Below are positions 50,834 to 62,067 of a stretch of 64,000 nucleotides of DNA, one piece after another; position 1 is the first letter of the stretch, and each line of letters opens with the position of its first letter. The position numbers were made by a program, and so were the translations under genes. Source of the stretch: an uncultured virus (IMG/VR IMGVR_UViG_3300042197_002672) (lineage: Duplodnaviria; Heunggongvirae; Uroviricota; Caudoviricetes); the IMG/VR virus record IMGVR_UViG_3300042197_002672; one strand, written 5' to 3'. The notes below the pieces were generated by a model. That model was not told the origin of the DNA. It ran no database searches and worked only from the letters and a program-made list of their open reading frames with translations.

Positions 50834-51301
50834 ATGTTTAAAAAAAACACAAATAGATACCGATTAGATTTAGATAAAGCTTACAAAGTAAAAAATGCCT
50901 ACAACAAACTAAAAATTGATAAAAAAATCACCGAAGAATTCGAGGATTTACTGCAAGAACTTTCCCTAGAAGAGTTGATAGCTATAAAGCTTCATGTTTC
51001 TACTAAATATTTAAACAACAAACTAACTCTTCATATTTTTGATAATATATATCATTCTATATTGTCTATACTTATAATATACGGAATCTTTAATTACAAA
51101 GATCTTTCCCAGGTAGCTCATTTTCTAGGTGTAGATTTAGAGAAAATACTAGACGTTATGAGAGATGCAAATTTATATAAGTATTATCACTACATAAAAA
51201 AGGGCGTTCATTTTAATGACGATGAGGCTGATTTAAATTCAAATGAGATATTTCAAGAAATAAAAGAAATGGCTAAAAAGAATGATACCAAATCAAAATA
51301 A
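50834..51301 (+). CDS. Hypothetical protein with possible HTH
   Basis: DLSQVAHFLGVDLEKI resembles a Fis-type HTH. Confidence 0.55.
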   Translation: MFKKNTNRYRLDLDKAYKVKNAYNKLKIDKKITEEFEDLLQELSLEELIAIKLHVSTKYLNNKLTLHIFDNIYHSILSILIIYGIFNYKDLSQVAHFLGVDLEKILDVMRDANLYKYYHYIKKGVHFNDDEADLNSNEIFQEIKEMAKKNDTKSK

Positions 51302-51911
51302 ATTCTTTTATAAAGAATATATATACAAAAACGTTACAATATTTGTAAATAAAAGATCCAATATTAATTGGGATTTTGTGTTAAAAAGTTTGCCGAGAAT
51401 AGATACATTACTTGGAAATATAGAATCTATCTATTACGGGCAGCACGAAGAATTAAAACAAAAACAAAATCTTTCTGTATATAATCAAAATTCGATTCTT
51501 ATATCTGATGAAGTTGACGACGAAGAGCTTGTTTTGAAATGTATTGCGCATGAATGCATACATTCTCATGTTGATGATTTTGAAAAAAATATTTTTTTCA
51601 AGAAAGCATCAAAAGAATATCTTGAAAAAAAGAAATATGTTCTTAACATGACGGGAGAAACAGACGAATTTATAAATTTGCTTTATTATAATAGCAATTT
51701 TGATAAATATTTGCTTAATATAGGATACGATAAACTTAATAAGATAATAAAAGGAAAATTCCCTAGTTCTTATTCTGTAACTTCATTTATAGAATATGTT
51801 GCAATATGCACAGAAGAACTTTATTTTGGAGATAGTCTTATTATTAAGAAAATGTGTCCTAATGTGATTAAATTCATAAAAAATATCGGAGGAACTCTTG
51901 AAGAGAATTAA
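51282..51911 (+). CDS. HExxH zincin-like protein
   Basis: IAHECIH and downstream IEYVA. Confidence 0.55.
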   Translation: MIPNQNKFFYKEYIYKNVTIFVNKRSNINWDFVLKSLPRIDTLLGNIESIYYGQHEELKQKQNLSVYNQNSILISDEVDDEELVLKCIAHECIHSHVDDFEKNIFFKKASKEYLEKKKYVLNMTGETDEFINLLYYNSNFDKYLLNIGYDKLNKIIKGKFPSSYSVTSFIEYVAICTEELYFGDSLIIKKMCPNVIKFIKNIGGTLEEN

Positions 51912-53139
51912 GGTACTTACAATTAGCGATCATCCACTTGCACCAGGAGGTGTATCAAAGTGCATGAGAGATATATCTACAGCACTATTAAGCTCAAATG
52001 AATTTGATATTATATCTCTTGGCGGTGCTATGAAGCATCAAGACTACAGGCCAATAAGAACTCAAGAATGGGGAGATCGCTGGACTATTTATCCTGTAGA
52101 TGGATTTGGTACACAAGAATTAGTTAGAGAAATTCTGCTATCTGAAAAGATAGATCTTCTCCTATTTCAGAGCGATCCAAGATTTTTTGAATGGCTTCTC
52201 GCAATTGATGATGAAATCAGAAAAAATGTTCCAGTTCTTTGGTATTGTATTTGGGACAACTATCCGCTTCCAACATTTAATAAGCCAATTTGGTCATCTG
52301 TAGATAGGTTAATTCCTATCTCTAAAGTAACAGATGATATTCTATCAAAGGTTGTACCAGAAGTTAAACGACAAAGAATGCCACATTGTATGAATTATAA
52401 TGTTTTTAAATCTGTTCCCGAAGAAGACAGAACGGCATTTAGAAAGATGCATGAAAAACTTAACGATAAGTTTGTTATTTTCTGGAATGCAAAGAATGGT
52501 GGTAGAAAGCATGGAGCAACACTGATACATTCTTTCTCAAATTGGATTAAAGAAAAGAACCCTAATGCTGTACTACTTATGCACACAGATCCATTCGATC
52601 TACATGGTCCAAATCTACAAGAAGTAGCAAATAACTTTAATTTACACGAAAAAGTTTTCTTTTCAACAGATAAACTTCCAGATAATGCACTTGCACTGCT
52701 TTACAATGCAGCTGATGTCACTATAAGTATATCAGATGCAGAAGGTTTTGGTATGCCAATATCAGAGTCTCTACTGTGCGAAACTCCAGTTATAGTAAAT
52801 ATGACTGGAGGACTACAAGAACAAGTTACAGATGGAGAACAATTCTTTGGAATTGGAATCGAACCAGCAACAAAGACCCTTGTAGGAACTCAGCAAGTCC
52901 CATTTATCTACGAAGATAGAGTTGATATGAAAGACGTCTCAGATGCTTTAGATAAAATGTATAACATGACTCATGAGCAGAGATCTGAATTAGGAAAAAA
53001 AGGTCGTGAGTATCTTCTTAAGAATTACAATTGGGATGAATATGTAAAGTTTTGGCCAGAATATCTAAAAAATGTTCATGAAGAATGTGGATCTTGGCCA
53101 AATAGAGAATTTACAACACAGAATTTAGTAAAAATTTAA
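51898..53139 (+). CDS. GT-B (GT4-like) glycosyltransferase
   Basis: LYNAADV...AEGFGMPISES; RK in donor-binding domain. Confidence 0.9.
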   Translation: MKRIKVLTISDHPLAPGGVSKCMRDISTALLSSNEFDIISLGGAMKHQDYRPIRTQEWGDRWTIYPVDGFGTQELVREILLSEKIDLLLFQSDPRFFEWLLAIDDEIRKNVPVLWYCIWDNYPLPTFNKPIWSSVDRLIPISKVTDDILSKVVPEVKRQRMPHCMNYNVFKSVPEEDRTAFRKMHEKLNDKFVIFWNAKNGGRKHGATLIHSFSNWIKEKNPNAVLLMHTDPFDLHGPNLQEVANNFNLHEKVFFSTDKLPDNALALLYNAADVTISISDAEGFGMPISESLLCETPVIVNMTGGLQEQVTDGEQFFGIGIEPATKTLVGTQQVPFIYEDRVDMKDVSDALDKMYNMTHEQRSELGKKGREYLLKNYNWDEYVKFWPEYLKNVHEECGSWPNREFTTQNLVKI

Positions 53140-53148
53140 AGAGGAAAA

Positions 53149-54381
53149 ATGAAAAAAGTACTTGTAGTTGGACCTGTATTTAATCAAAGTGGATATGGAG
53201 AACATGCTCGTAATGTTGTACGTGCATTACGACAAAACAATAATGTAGATTTATATTTGCTTGCAACAGCATGGGCTAAGACATCTATTGTAACAGAAGC
53301 AACAGAAGAGCATTCGTATTTTAAATATTGCCTACAGAAACATCAAGCTTTAGCTGAACAAAATAGAGCAAATTACGACATATGTATACAAGTTTCTGTT
53401 CCAAATGAATATAAAAGAGTTGCACCTATCAATATTGGTGTTACCGCTGGAGTTGAATCTGATAAAATCTCTCTAGAATTTATACAAGGCTGTAATTTGA
53501 TGAACAAAATCATTACAGTGTCCTCTTTTTCTAAAGATATTTTAGAATCAACCTCATACAATATTAATGGATCTACTGTGAAAGTAGATGTTCCTGTAGA
53601 ATATGTAGGTTACCCTGTTAAATCGTTTGAAAATCAAAAAGAATCACAACTATCTTTTGATACAAAATTTAATTTCCTTACAATGGGACAAATTTGCCCT
53701 AGAAGAAATATGGAAAATTGTATAAAATGGTTTGTAGAAACATTCCATGACAATAGCGATGTTGGTCTTGTTGTTAAAACAAGTTTTGCAAACAATTCAA
53801 CGCAAGATAGATTTTATACAACAAATAGACTAAAAGACTTAATATCATCTTACAAGCACAAGAAGTGTTCCGTGTATCTCCTTCATGGGCCTATGACAGA
53901 ATCAGAAATTGATTCTCTTTACAAACATAAAGATATTAAATGTTTTGTGACTACTGCACACGGAGAAGGTTATGGGCTACCAGTATTTGAAGCTGCATAC
54001 AATGGGCTTCCTATTGTAGCTACAGATTATTCTGGATATCTAGACTTCTTGTATCAAAAGAGGGACGAAGATAAGAAGCCAAGAGCTATGTTCTCTACTG
54101 TTGAATATCTATTAAAACCAGTTCAACAAGAAGCACTAATGCCAAAGATTATCATAGAAGGTAGTAAATGGGCATATCCTAAAGAAAATAGCTTTAAGAG
54201 CAGAATAGTAGATGTTCATAAAGACTACGGAAGATTTAAGAAGCAAGCTAACGAACTTAAGAATATAGTGCTAGAAAAGTATTCCGCAAATAACATATTT
54301 AGCCAATTTAATAGTTTCTTGACTGAATTCTTAGGACAAGATTCATTCGCAACATTCTTTGACGTTTCGGATATTGAATAA
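53149..54381 (+). CDS. GT-B (GT4-like) glycosyltransferase
   Basis: SGYGEHAR; GEGYGLPVFEA. Confidence 0.9.
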   Translation: MKKVLVVGPVFNQSGYGEHARNVVRALRQNNNVDLYLLATAWAKTSIVTEATEEHSYFKYCLQKHQALAEQNRANYDICIQVSVPNEYKRVAPINIGVTAGVESDKISLEFIQGCNLMNKIITVSSFSKDILESTSYNINGSTVKVDVPVEYVGYPVKSFENQKESQLSFDTKFNFLTMGQICPRRNMENCIKWFVETFHDNSDVGLVVKTSFANNSTQDRFYTTNRLKDLISSYKHKKCSVYLLHGPMTESEIDSLYKHKDIKCFVTTAHGEGYGLPVFEAAYNGLPIVATDYSGYLDFLYQKRDEDKKPRAMFSTVEYLLKPVQQEALMPKIIIEGSKWAYPKENSFKSRIVDVHKDYGRFKKQANELKNIVLEKYSANNIFSQFNSFLTEFLGQDSFATFFDVSDIE

Positions 54382-54383
54382 AT

Positions 54384-55220
54384 ATGAAAATAGTATTTCT
54401 CTCAGATTTCTTTCTAGAAGATTTTGTAGGAGGAGCAGAAGCATCTGATGATGCTTTAATAGAAGCTTTTTCTGACAAAAATATACAAATTAAAAAAGTA
54501 AGGTGTAGAAATTATAATCTAAATAGAGATAAAGATATATTTTATATTATTTCTAATTTTGCAACATTAGATACCGAATCAATAAATTTTATTTCAAAAA
54601 ATTGCAAGTATATCATATACGAACATGACTATAAATTCCTCTCTCTAAGAGATCCTGCAAAATATGAAAACTGTAATCCAGGACCTAATGATGTTATTAA
54701 TCTTGAGTTTTATAATAATGCTTTGTGTGTATTTTTGCAAACCACAAAACATGCAGAGATATACAAAAACACAACAGGTCTATCAAACTACGAAACAATA
54801 AATGGATCTCTGTGGAGTAAATCTAATTTTGAAGCTTTAGAAAAATATTGCAATGTAGAAAAGCAAGATAAATGCGCTATTGTTGGATATAAATATTTTA
54901 ATAAAGGAACAATCAATTCAATTGAATATTGCATGAAAAACAATATACAATATGATATTGTTCAAACTGATCAATTTTTTGAACCATTTATTGCAAATTT
55001 ATCAAAATATAAGAAGCTTATATTTATGCCTGTATGCTACGAATCATGTTCTAGAATAACATTAGAAGCAAGAATGTTAAATATGTCTGTGACATTAAAT
55101 AAAAATGTACCAGTTCAATTTGAAGAATATTTCAAGACAATAAAGGGTCAAGAATTAATTAATTTAATGAAATCTTTGCCTGCTATTGTCTCTGATAAAA
55201 TCTTAAAAAGGTTTACATGA
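54384..55220 (+). CDS. Short GT-B-like glycosyltransferase
   Basis: GGAE, EHD, KG, ESCSRITLEAR. Confidence 0.7.
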   Translation: MKIVFLSDFFLEDFVGGAEASDDALIEAFSDKNIQIKKVRCRNYNLNRDKDIFYIISNFATLDTESINFISKNCKYIIYEHDYKFLSLRDPAKYENCNPGPNDVINLEFYNNALCVFLQTTKHAEIYKNTTGLSNYETINGSLWSKSNFEALEKYCNVEKQDKCAIVGYKYFNKGTINSIEYCMKNNIQYDIVQTDQFFEPFIANLSKYKKLIFMPVCYESCSRITLEARMLNMSVTLNKNVPVQFEEYFKTIKGQELINLMKSLPAIVSDKILKRFT

Positions 55221-56128
55221 GAGTTTTTTTAAAAAAACACACCGCATATTCTGGTGCAGGATATTGGATATATAATGGATATGCATCTGCATGGAGATCT
55301 TTAGGTTATGATGTGTATATGTATGACGACATTCAACAACTTAAAAGATTTAAAGATTATTATTTAATGGCACCGGATTCATACTTCTTGAAAGAAGAAG
55401 ATTTGGATGTTTTGGCCAATTCTTCAAAAACTTTTTTGTTTGTACAACCAAATAATTTTCCACATCCATGGGGTTTGCATGAGAATTATTTTTCATGGTG
55501 CAGCGATTCTATTATTAGATCTATAAATCAATTAGAAAATGTTAAAAAATGGACATTCGTAAATACAAATAATAATCATTATGATAAGTGGAAACCACAT
55601 ACAGTTCCGTTAGCTTTTGATCATATAGCGTACAGTGTAGATAGAAATAAAAATTATATATATGATATTTGTTATATAGGAGGTAGAGCTAATAATGGAT
55701 ATGATGAAAAAATAAAAATAATTGAATCTGTTGTAGATACATTTCAAAAAACAAATTTAAAATGTGGATTTTTTATTGATAAAAATATCTCTAATGATAA
55801 AGAAAAAGAAATAATAAGTTCTTCAAAATTATGTCTAAACATACATGATGCCTATCAAAGATCATTGTCTTTAGATACAAACGAAAGAACGTTTAAAAGT
55901 CTTGGATTGAATGGAACTTTATTGAGTGACAACATTAAACAAATAAAAGATGTGCTACCAGAAGCAGACGTATTTCTGTCTGATGATTCAAATGTATTGG
56001 TTGAAAAAGCAATACAGCTATGCAATCTTGATTCAGAAGAGCTAGAGCAGATAAAGGCTTCAAATATAGAATATATAAAATTAAATCATACCTATTGCAA
56101 TAGAGTAAAAACGTTACTATCTCTATGA
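55217..56128 (+). CDS. CgeB-like (GT-B) glycosyltransferase
   Basis: YDICYIG, SKLCLNIH, NERTF, HTYCNR. Confidence 0.75.
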   Translation: MRVFLKKHTAYSGAGYWIYNGYASAWRSLGYDVYMYDDIQQLKRFKDYYLMAPDSYFLKEEDLDVLANSSKTFLFVQPNNFPHPWGLHENYFSWCSDSIIRSINQLENVKKWTFVNTNNNHYDKWKPHTVPLAFDHIAYSVDRNKNYIYDICYIGGRANNGYDEKIKIIESVVDTFQKTNLKCGFFIDKNISNDKEKEIISSSKLCLNIHDAYQRSLSLDTNERTFKSLGLNGTLLSDNIKQIKDVLPEADVFLSDDSNVLVEKAIQLCNLDSEELEQIKASNIEYIKLNHTYCNRVKTLLSL

Positions 56129-56129
56129 G

Positions 56130-56861
56130 ATGAAGAAAAAAATTTCAATAATAGTACCATGCTATAATGCAGAAAGTTATATAGAAGAATGTCTAACTTC
56201 TATCTTTAATCAAAGTTATGAAAATATAGAAGTTATAGCTGTTGATAATGAAAGTAAGGACTCTACATTAGAAAAACTTTATAAAATAAAAGAAAAATAT
56301 AAGAATCTTATAGTAGATTGCGCTCCTAATATACATAGACACTCTTGGGATGAGCCTAGAGAAAAAGGCATACATATATCAACAGGAGATTATATTACAA
56401 TAATATGTGCTGATGATTATATAGAACCTGATTATATATCAAATTGCATGAGTTTGATAGGTTCAGATCCGCAAAAAATAAAAGCTTTACAGAGCCCAAT
56501 CAGACATATAAGAAATGGAGTGTCTTCTGGATTTCAGAGACATTTTTATTCTTCTCTTAAAGAATTTAAGAGTTTAGTATTAAATGGATGTCCTGTTAAT
56601 ACTCCTACTGTAGTATATAATAAAGAATTGTACGAAAAAGGGTTTTTAAAAACTAAACCTGAACTTTATTTAGGTTCTGCTGATTATGATATGTATTGTA
56701 GTTTAGCAGATAATAAAATTTTTATATACCCTTCCCACAATTGGCTTGGTTATAACTATAGATGGCATGGAGAACAATGCACATGGGGTATGCATAAGGA
56801 ACCTATTAATTATGATAGTTTAATCCAAGATTTTTGGAAGGAAAAATGGAAAAAGATCTGA
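56130..56861 (+). CDS. GT2 family glycosyltransferase
   Basis: ISIIVPCYN, VDNESKD, ADD, DYD. Confidence 0.9.
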   Translation: MKKKISIIVPCYNAESYIEECLTSIFNQSYENIEVIAVDNESKDSTLEKLYKIKEKYKNLIVDCAPNIHRHSWDEPREKGIHISTGDYITIICADDYIEPDYISNCMSLIGSDPQKIKALQSPIRHIRNGVSSGFQRHFYSSLKEFKSLVLNGCPVNTPTVVYNKELYEKGFLKTKPELYLGSADYDMYCSLADNKIFIYPSHNWLGYNYRWHGEQCTWGMHKEPINYDSLIQDFWKEKWKKI

Positions 56862-57487
56862 TAAAGATTCAAAAAAGAATACTTGATATTGCTTATAAAT
56901 ATAAATTATCTCATTTAGGAAGTTATTTCTCTAGTTTAGAGATAATGTATGAAATTTTTACAAAAATGTCTTCAAAGGATATTTTTATTTTATCTTCTGG
57001 ACACTGTGCATTAGCTTATTATTGTGTATTGGAACACTTTAAAGGAATTTGTGCTGAATCTTTATTTATTAAACATGGCGGACACCCACATATAGATGAA
57101 GATAATTTCATATATTGTTCGACAGGAAGTCTTGGCCTAGGCGTTACAGTAGCTACTGGAAGAGCAACCTTCAATAAAGAAAGGGGTGTATATTGTCTTA
57201 TAAGCGACGGAGAGTGTGCAGAAGGATCAGTCTGGGAATCTCTTAAATTTATTTATGAAAATAATATAAAAAATATAAAAATATATGCAAATATAAATGG
57301 ATATTGTGCATATGATAAAGTAGATGGCAAATATCTCTCAGACAGACTTATTTCTTTTCTTCCTAATATAAATATAAGATATACAACTGTAGAAAAATTC
57401 CCATTTCTAAATGGGCTAAATGCTCATTATCATATTATGAAAGAAAATGATTACAAATTAGCATTAGAAATTTTAGATAGGGATTGA
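56834..57487 (+). CDS. Split transketolase, N-terminal TPP-binding subunit
   Basis: SHLG, LSSGH, GHP, TGSLG, SDGECAEGSVWE. Confidence 0.88.
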   Translation: MEGKMEKDLIKIQKRILDIAYKYKLSHLGSYFSSLEIMYEIFTKMSSKDIFILSSGHCALAYYCVLEHFKGICAESLFIKHGGHPHIDEDNFIYCSTGSLGLGVTVATGRATFNKERGVYCLISDGECAEGSVWESLKFIYENNIKNIKIYANINGYCAYDKVDGKYLSDRLISFLPNINIRYTTVEKFPFLNGLNAHYHIMKENDYKLALEILDRD

Positions 57488-57488
57488 T

Positions 57489-57962
57489 ATGCGTAAAAAA
57501 TTTAGCGAACTCTTATATAAAGAAATGAGTAAAGATAAAAATATCGTATTTATCACAGCTGATTTAGGATATGGTCTATGGGATAGAATTAAATTAGATT
57601 ACCCAGATAGATTTTGGAACGTAGGCTCTTCAGAGCAGCTTGCTATAGGTATGGCATGTGGTGCTGCAATGGAAGGAAAAATTCCATTTGTTTACTCTAT
57701 CACTCCTTTTCTTATATATAGGCCATACGAGCTTATAAGAAATTATATAAATCATGAAAAAATAAATGTAAAACTTATTGGTGGAGGAAGAGATAGAGAC
57801 TATGGATATTTGGGATATTCTCATTGGGCAGAAGATGATAAAAAATCTCTAGAAGTATTTGAAAATATAAATAAATTTTGGCCTGAGTCAGAAGATGAAT
57901 TAGAGATTTTATTTCTAAAAATATTAGAAGACAATCCTGTCTATGTTAATTTAAAAAAATGA
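57489..57962 (+). CDS. Split transketolase, pyrimidine-binding subunit (short; C-terminal domain absent)
   Basis: TADLG, NVGSSEQ, RPYE, GYSH. Confidence 0.85.
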   Translation: MRKKFSELLYKEMSKDKNIVFITADLGYGLWDRIKLDYPDRFWNVGSSEQLAIGMACGAAMEGKIPFVYSITPFLIYRPYELIRNYINHEKINVKLIGGGRDRDYGYLGYSHWAEDDKKSLEVFENINKFWPESEDELEILFLKILEDNPVYVNLKK

Positions 57963-58816
57963 AAAAAATATTAATAACAGGTAATAGTGGATTTCTTTCT
58001 AAGGAGATAAGAACATACTTTGAAACAAAGTATGATCTATCCTTTATAGGAAGAACTTCAAAAAATCAAGTAAATCTCTTAAACAAGGAAGAGGTTGATG
58101 ATTTTTTTAAATCAAATCAAAAATTTGATGTTGTAATACATACAGCAATAAATGGTGGAAAAAGAACAGACAAAGATGAACCATATATATTTTACAATAA
58201 TTTAAAAATGTATTTAAACCTACTTAATAATAAAAATAATTTTGGATATTTATTTAATTTTTGTTCTGGTGCTGCTTTAAGAGTAAATGGAACTGTCGAT
58301 CTTGGAAAAGAAGAAGATATTCTTATTACAGATCCTATTGACTATTATGGTCTTTCTAAAAATGAGATAGCTCGTAATATATTAAAGAATGAAAATTTCT
58401 ATAATTTTAGAATATTTGGATGTTTTGGACGATTTGAAGAAGATAGTAGGTTTTTTAAGTCAATATTAAATTGTATAAATGATAATAAACCAGTATTTAT
58501 ACATCAAGATAAACAAATGGATTATATATCTGTAACAGATTTATGTAAAGTTGTAGAGTTTTATATAGAAAATATAGAAAAAAACAAAAACTTACCTAAA
58601 GACATAAATCTTGTTTATAATGATAAAAAAACTCTAACAGAAATGTGTCACATATTATGTGGCTTGACAGAGACAAATCCTGATGTTATACTGGTGAATG
58701 AATATTTTGGCCATCCATATACTGGAAATGGCGAAAAGCTAAACAATTTAAGTCTAAATTTGAACGGATTAAATTTAGGCTTGATGGAGATGGTAGAAAA
58801 TGTCCTCAGAAGATAA
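57959..58816 (+). CDS. NAD-dependent sugar epimerase/reductase (SDR)
   Basis: ITGNSGFL, YGLSK. Confidence 0.85.
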   Translation: MKKILITGNSGFLSKEIRTYFETKYDLSFIGRTSKNQVNLLNKEEVDDFFKSNQKFDVVIHTAINGGKRTDKDEPYIFYNNLKMYLNLLNNKNNFGYLFNFCSGAALRVNGTVDLGKEEDILITDPIDYYGLSKNEIARNILKNENFYNFRIFGCFGRFEEDSRFFKSILNCINDNKPVFIHQDKQMDYISVTDLCKVVEFYIENIEKNKNLPKDINLVYNDKKTLTEMCHILCGLTETNPDVILVNEYFGHPYTGNGEKLNNLSLNLNGLNLGLMEMVENVLRR

Positions 58817-60149
58817 AAAAGAATACATATTACATCTTGTCTCGTCTTTGATGAAAGAGAAGACCGCAAAAAAGTGGCAAAAAGGAAAGGATTGGGTAGA
58901 GTATTCTGGGCCTCATTTCGATGAAAAGGAGTATGTTTCCGCAGTAGAAACATTATTGGGCGGATGGTTAATTTTTGGAGAAAACGCAAGAGAGTTTGAA
59001 AAGAAATTCCCTGTTCATCTTGGTAAGAAGCATGGAGTTTTTACAAATTCTGGAAGCTCTGCTAATTTATTGATGATGGCAGCTGCAAGATCAAGAAATC
59101 TATATAATTTTCAACCTGGCACAAAAATTATAACACCTGTAGTTTGTTTTCCTACTACAATAAATCCTATTATTCAAAATGGTTTTGAACCAATATTTGT
59201 TGATGTAGAATTACCAAGTCTAAATCTAAATTTAGATGATGTAGAGAAGAAACTAAAGGAACATCCTGATATTAAGGCTATCACATTTGCACATGTTCTA
59301 GGAAATCCTCCAGACATGGACAGATTAATGAAGATAATTATAGAGCACGATCTTATCTTCTTGGAAGATTCTTGCGATGCTCTTGGTTCAACTTATAAGG
59401 GGAAGAAACTTGGATCTTTTGGTCATATGTCTGCTTGCTCTTTTTTTCCTGCTCATCATATGACAACAGGAGAAGGTGGTTTTGTTGCTACAGATAGTGG
59501 AAGAGCAAGGCTAACTTTAGCTAGTATTAGAGATTGGGGACGTGCCTGTTACTGCAATACTACTAAGCCAGGAAATGTAACATGCGGTACTGCATGTGGT
59601 GATAGATTTAAAAATTGGCTACCAGGAATGAAAGATGTAAATTATGATCATAGATACGTTTTTGATGAGATTGGGTACAATCTTAAACCACTAGATTTAC
59701 AGGCATCAATAGGGTTAAGGCAATTGGACAAACTCCCAGAAATGGATTCTGCACGCAGAGAAAATCATAAAAAACTATATGATATATTTAGTAAATATGA
59801 ACAATATTTCATTTTACCAAAAGCAACAGAAGGCTCTGATCCTTGCTGGTTTGGATTCTCTCTTATAGTTAAAGACAATTCTCCATTTACAAAACATGAA
59901 TTTGTTAAATTCTTAGAGTTTCATAAGATCCAAACAAGATCATATTTTAGCGGAAATATTTTATTACATCCAGGGTATCACCATATGGCTGAAAAATATG
60001 GAGATATGGATGAAAACTTTCCAATCGCACAAAAAGTAACAAGAGACTGCTTTTTCTTAGGAACATTTATAGGACTTACACAAGATAAGATTGATTATAT
60101 TAAAGAAATTGTAGATCTTTTCTTTGATACAAAGGTTGGTGTTGGATGA
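58800..60149 (+). CDS. rfbH: NDP-4-keto-6-deoxyhexose 3-dehydratase (E1, DdhC/RfbH)
   Basis: NSGSSAN, EDSCD, SFFPAHH (His in place of the PLP Lys), Cys cluster RACYC...TC. Confidence 0.88.
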   Translation: MSSEDKKEYILHLVSSLMKEKTAKKWQKGKDWVEYSGPHFDEKEYVSAVETLLGGWLIFGENAREFEKKFPVHLGKKHGVFTNSGSSANLLMMAAARSRNLYNFQPGTKIITPVVCFPTTINPIIQNGFEPIFVDVELPSLNLNLDDVEKKLKEHPDIKAITFAHVLGNPPDMDRLMKIIIEHDLIFLEDSCDALGSTYKGKKLGSFGHMSACSFFPAHHMTTGEGGFVATDSGRARLTLASIRDWGRACYCNTTKPGNVTCGTACGDRFKNWLPGMKDVNYDHRYVFDEIGYNLKPLDLQASIGLRQLDKLPEMDSARRENHKKLYDIFSKYEQYFILPKATEGSDPCWFGFSLIVKDNSPFTKHEFVKFLEFHKIQTRSYFSGNILLHPGYHHMAEKYGDMDENFPIAQKVTRDCFFLGTFIGLTQDKIDYIKEIVDLFFDTKVGVG

Positions 60150-61105
60150 AAATAGCCTTAGTGACTGGTTATGCTGGATTTATAGGATCTCATTTTACCG
60201 AGAAACTTCTTAAGAGCGGATGGACTGTTTATGGTGTTGATAAATTTGTCACAAATATAAGCAATACAGAATATATATCAAATCATGAAAAATTTAAACA
60301 TATTGGATATGATATTTGCCAACTAACATCTATTCCAGATTGTGATTATGTTTTTAACTTTGCAGCAGAATCGCATGTTGGAAACTCTATTGAGTCAAAT
60401 CAGAAGTTTGTCACAACAAATGTAGAGGGTGTTAGAAATCTTCTTGAGATCATAAGAAAGAAGCCAGATAATATCGTTAAGAAGCCAGTGTTTTTTCATA
60501 TATCAACAGATGAAGTATATGGAGATAGGCTTGAATCTAAGTCAGATATGGCAACAGAAGAAGATTTACTTAATCCGTCTAATCCATACTCTGCGAGCAA
60601 GGCAGCAGCAGACATGTTGGTATTAGCATGGGCGAGAACATATGGTATAGAATACGTAATAGCAAGACCAACTAATAACTATGGAACACACCAGCATCCA
60701 GAAAAGTTAATCCCTTTATCTATCAAGCTTTCCCTATGGCAGAAAAAGATTAGATTGCATAATAAAGGAACTCCTAAGAGAAAATGGCTTCATGTAGAAG
60801 ATACAGCTGACGCTATTCTTACGATGGTAGAAAAGAATGCAAGAGGTATATATAATATATCAGGAAATGTAGAGCAAACAAATTTATCAACAGTTTATAA
60901 AGTATTAAAATCTATGAATATAGAACCATCAGATGATAAATTTGATTTAGATTATATTAGACCTGGACAGGATATGCATTATTCTGTAAATGATGATAAA
61001 TTAAAATCACTAGGTTGGAAATGCAAGAGGCATTTTGACGATGAAATTGAAAAAATTGTAAAATGGTATCTTCAAGATCCAAACGATAGACTTTTTTGTG
61101 AGTGA
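60146..61105 (+). CDS. rmlB: dTDP-glucose 4,6-dehydratase-like
   Basis: TGYAGFIG, AAESHV, ISTDEVYG, PYSASK, EKLIP. Confidence 0.88.
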   Translation: MKIALVTGYAGFIGSHFTEKLLKSGWTVYGVDKFVTNISNTEYISNHEKFKHIGYDICQLTSIPDCDYVFNFAAESHVGNSIESNQKFVTTNVEGVRNLLEIIRKKPDNIVKKPVFFHISTDEVYGDRLESKSDMATEEDLLNPSNPYSASKAAADMLVLAWARTYGIEYVIARPTNNYGTHQHPEKLIPLSIKLSLWQKKIRLHNKGTPKRKWLHVEDTADAILTMVEKNARGIYNISGNVEQTNLSTVYKVLKSMNIEPSDDKFDLDYIRPGQDMHYSVNDDKLKSLGWKCKRHFDDEIEKIVKWYLQDPNDRLFCE

Positions 61106-62019
61106 GGCATACCTTGAAAGTATTAGTGACTGGTGGCAGTGGTTTTGTAGGGTCTAACTTAAAAAAAATTAGACCAAATTGGACATATATATCATCAACC
61201 GATTATGATCTAAAGAATCCTCAAGAAGTTAAATTCATGTATAAGGATGTAAAACCTGAAGTTGTCCTACACCTTGCAGCTAAAGTTGGTGGTATAAAAG
61301 AAAATACTGAAAATCAGGCCGATTTTTATTATATAAATACTGCAATAAATACAAATATAGTGAAGTATGCAGTTGATAATAATGTCCAGAAGTTAGTGGC
61401 ATCATTAAGTACTTGCGCTTTTCCAGATACATTGAACAGTTATCCATTTAAAGAAGATGATATCTTCAAGGGACCTCCGTCAAAAACTAATTTCTCATAT
61501 GGATATTCTAAAAGAGGATTATATGCTCATTGTCTTGCAGTTAGAGAACAATATGGATTGAACTATTCTTGCTTTTCTCCTTCTAATGTATACGGACCAG
61601 GAGATCATTTTGACGATATACAGTCATCTCATTTTGTTGCTGCTTTAATTTCAAAGATAGCAAACGCCAAAGATGGAGACTGTCTTGAATTTTGGGGCAG
61701 TGGAACACCATTAAGGCAGCAGCTCTACGTAAAAGATTTATGCGATATACTTACAATTTTTGTAGAACAATTCTACAGTACAGATAAAGCAGTTATTGTT
61801 GCTCCAACAGAAAATCTTTCAATAAAAGAAATGATAGATATAGCTATTCGCATATCTGGAAAAAATTTATCATATAAATTTAATGGAAAATTAGATGGTC
61901 AATACAGAAAAGATGGTAGTAACGATTTCCTTATGAGGATTGTAGACTATAAATTTACTACATTTGAAGATGGAATTAAAGAAACTTATAACTCATACAT
62001 AAAAGAGAGGAAGGTTTGA
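61102..62019 (+). CDS. fcl: GDP-L-fucose synthase-like epimerase/reductase
   Basis: GGSGFVG, LAAKVGGI, YGYSK, NVYGPGD, WGSGTPLR. Confidence 0.88.
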   Translation: MRHTLKVLVTGGSGFVGSNLKKIRPNWTYISSTDYDLKNPQEVKFMYKDVKPEVVLHLAAKVGGIKENTENQADFYYINTAINTNIVKYAVDNNVQKLVASLSTCAFPDTLNSYPFKEDDIFKGPPSKTNFSYGYSKRGLYAHCLAVREQYGLNYSCFSPSNVYGPGDHFDDIQSSHFVAALISKIANAKDGDCLEFWGSGTPLRQQLYVKDLCDILTIFVEQFYSTDKAVIVAPTENLSIKEMIDIAIRISGKNLSYKFNGKLDGQYRKDGSNDFLMRIVDYKFTTFEDGIKETYNSYIKERKV

Positions 62020-62054
62020 AGACAGCCATAATTACAGGGGCGACAGGCCAATAA
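62016..62054 (+). pseudogene. gmd: Orphaned gmd 5' end (MKTAIITGATGQ-stop)
   Basis: TTG overlaps the fcl stop, SD GAGG; encodes the gmd Rossmann start, then TAA. Confidence 0.8.
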
Positions 62055-62067
62055 AATAATTCTATTA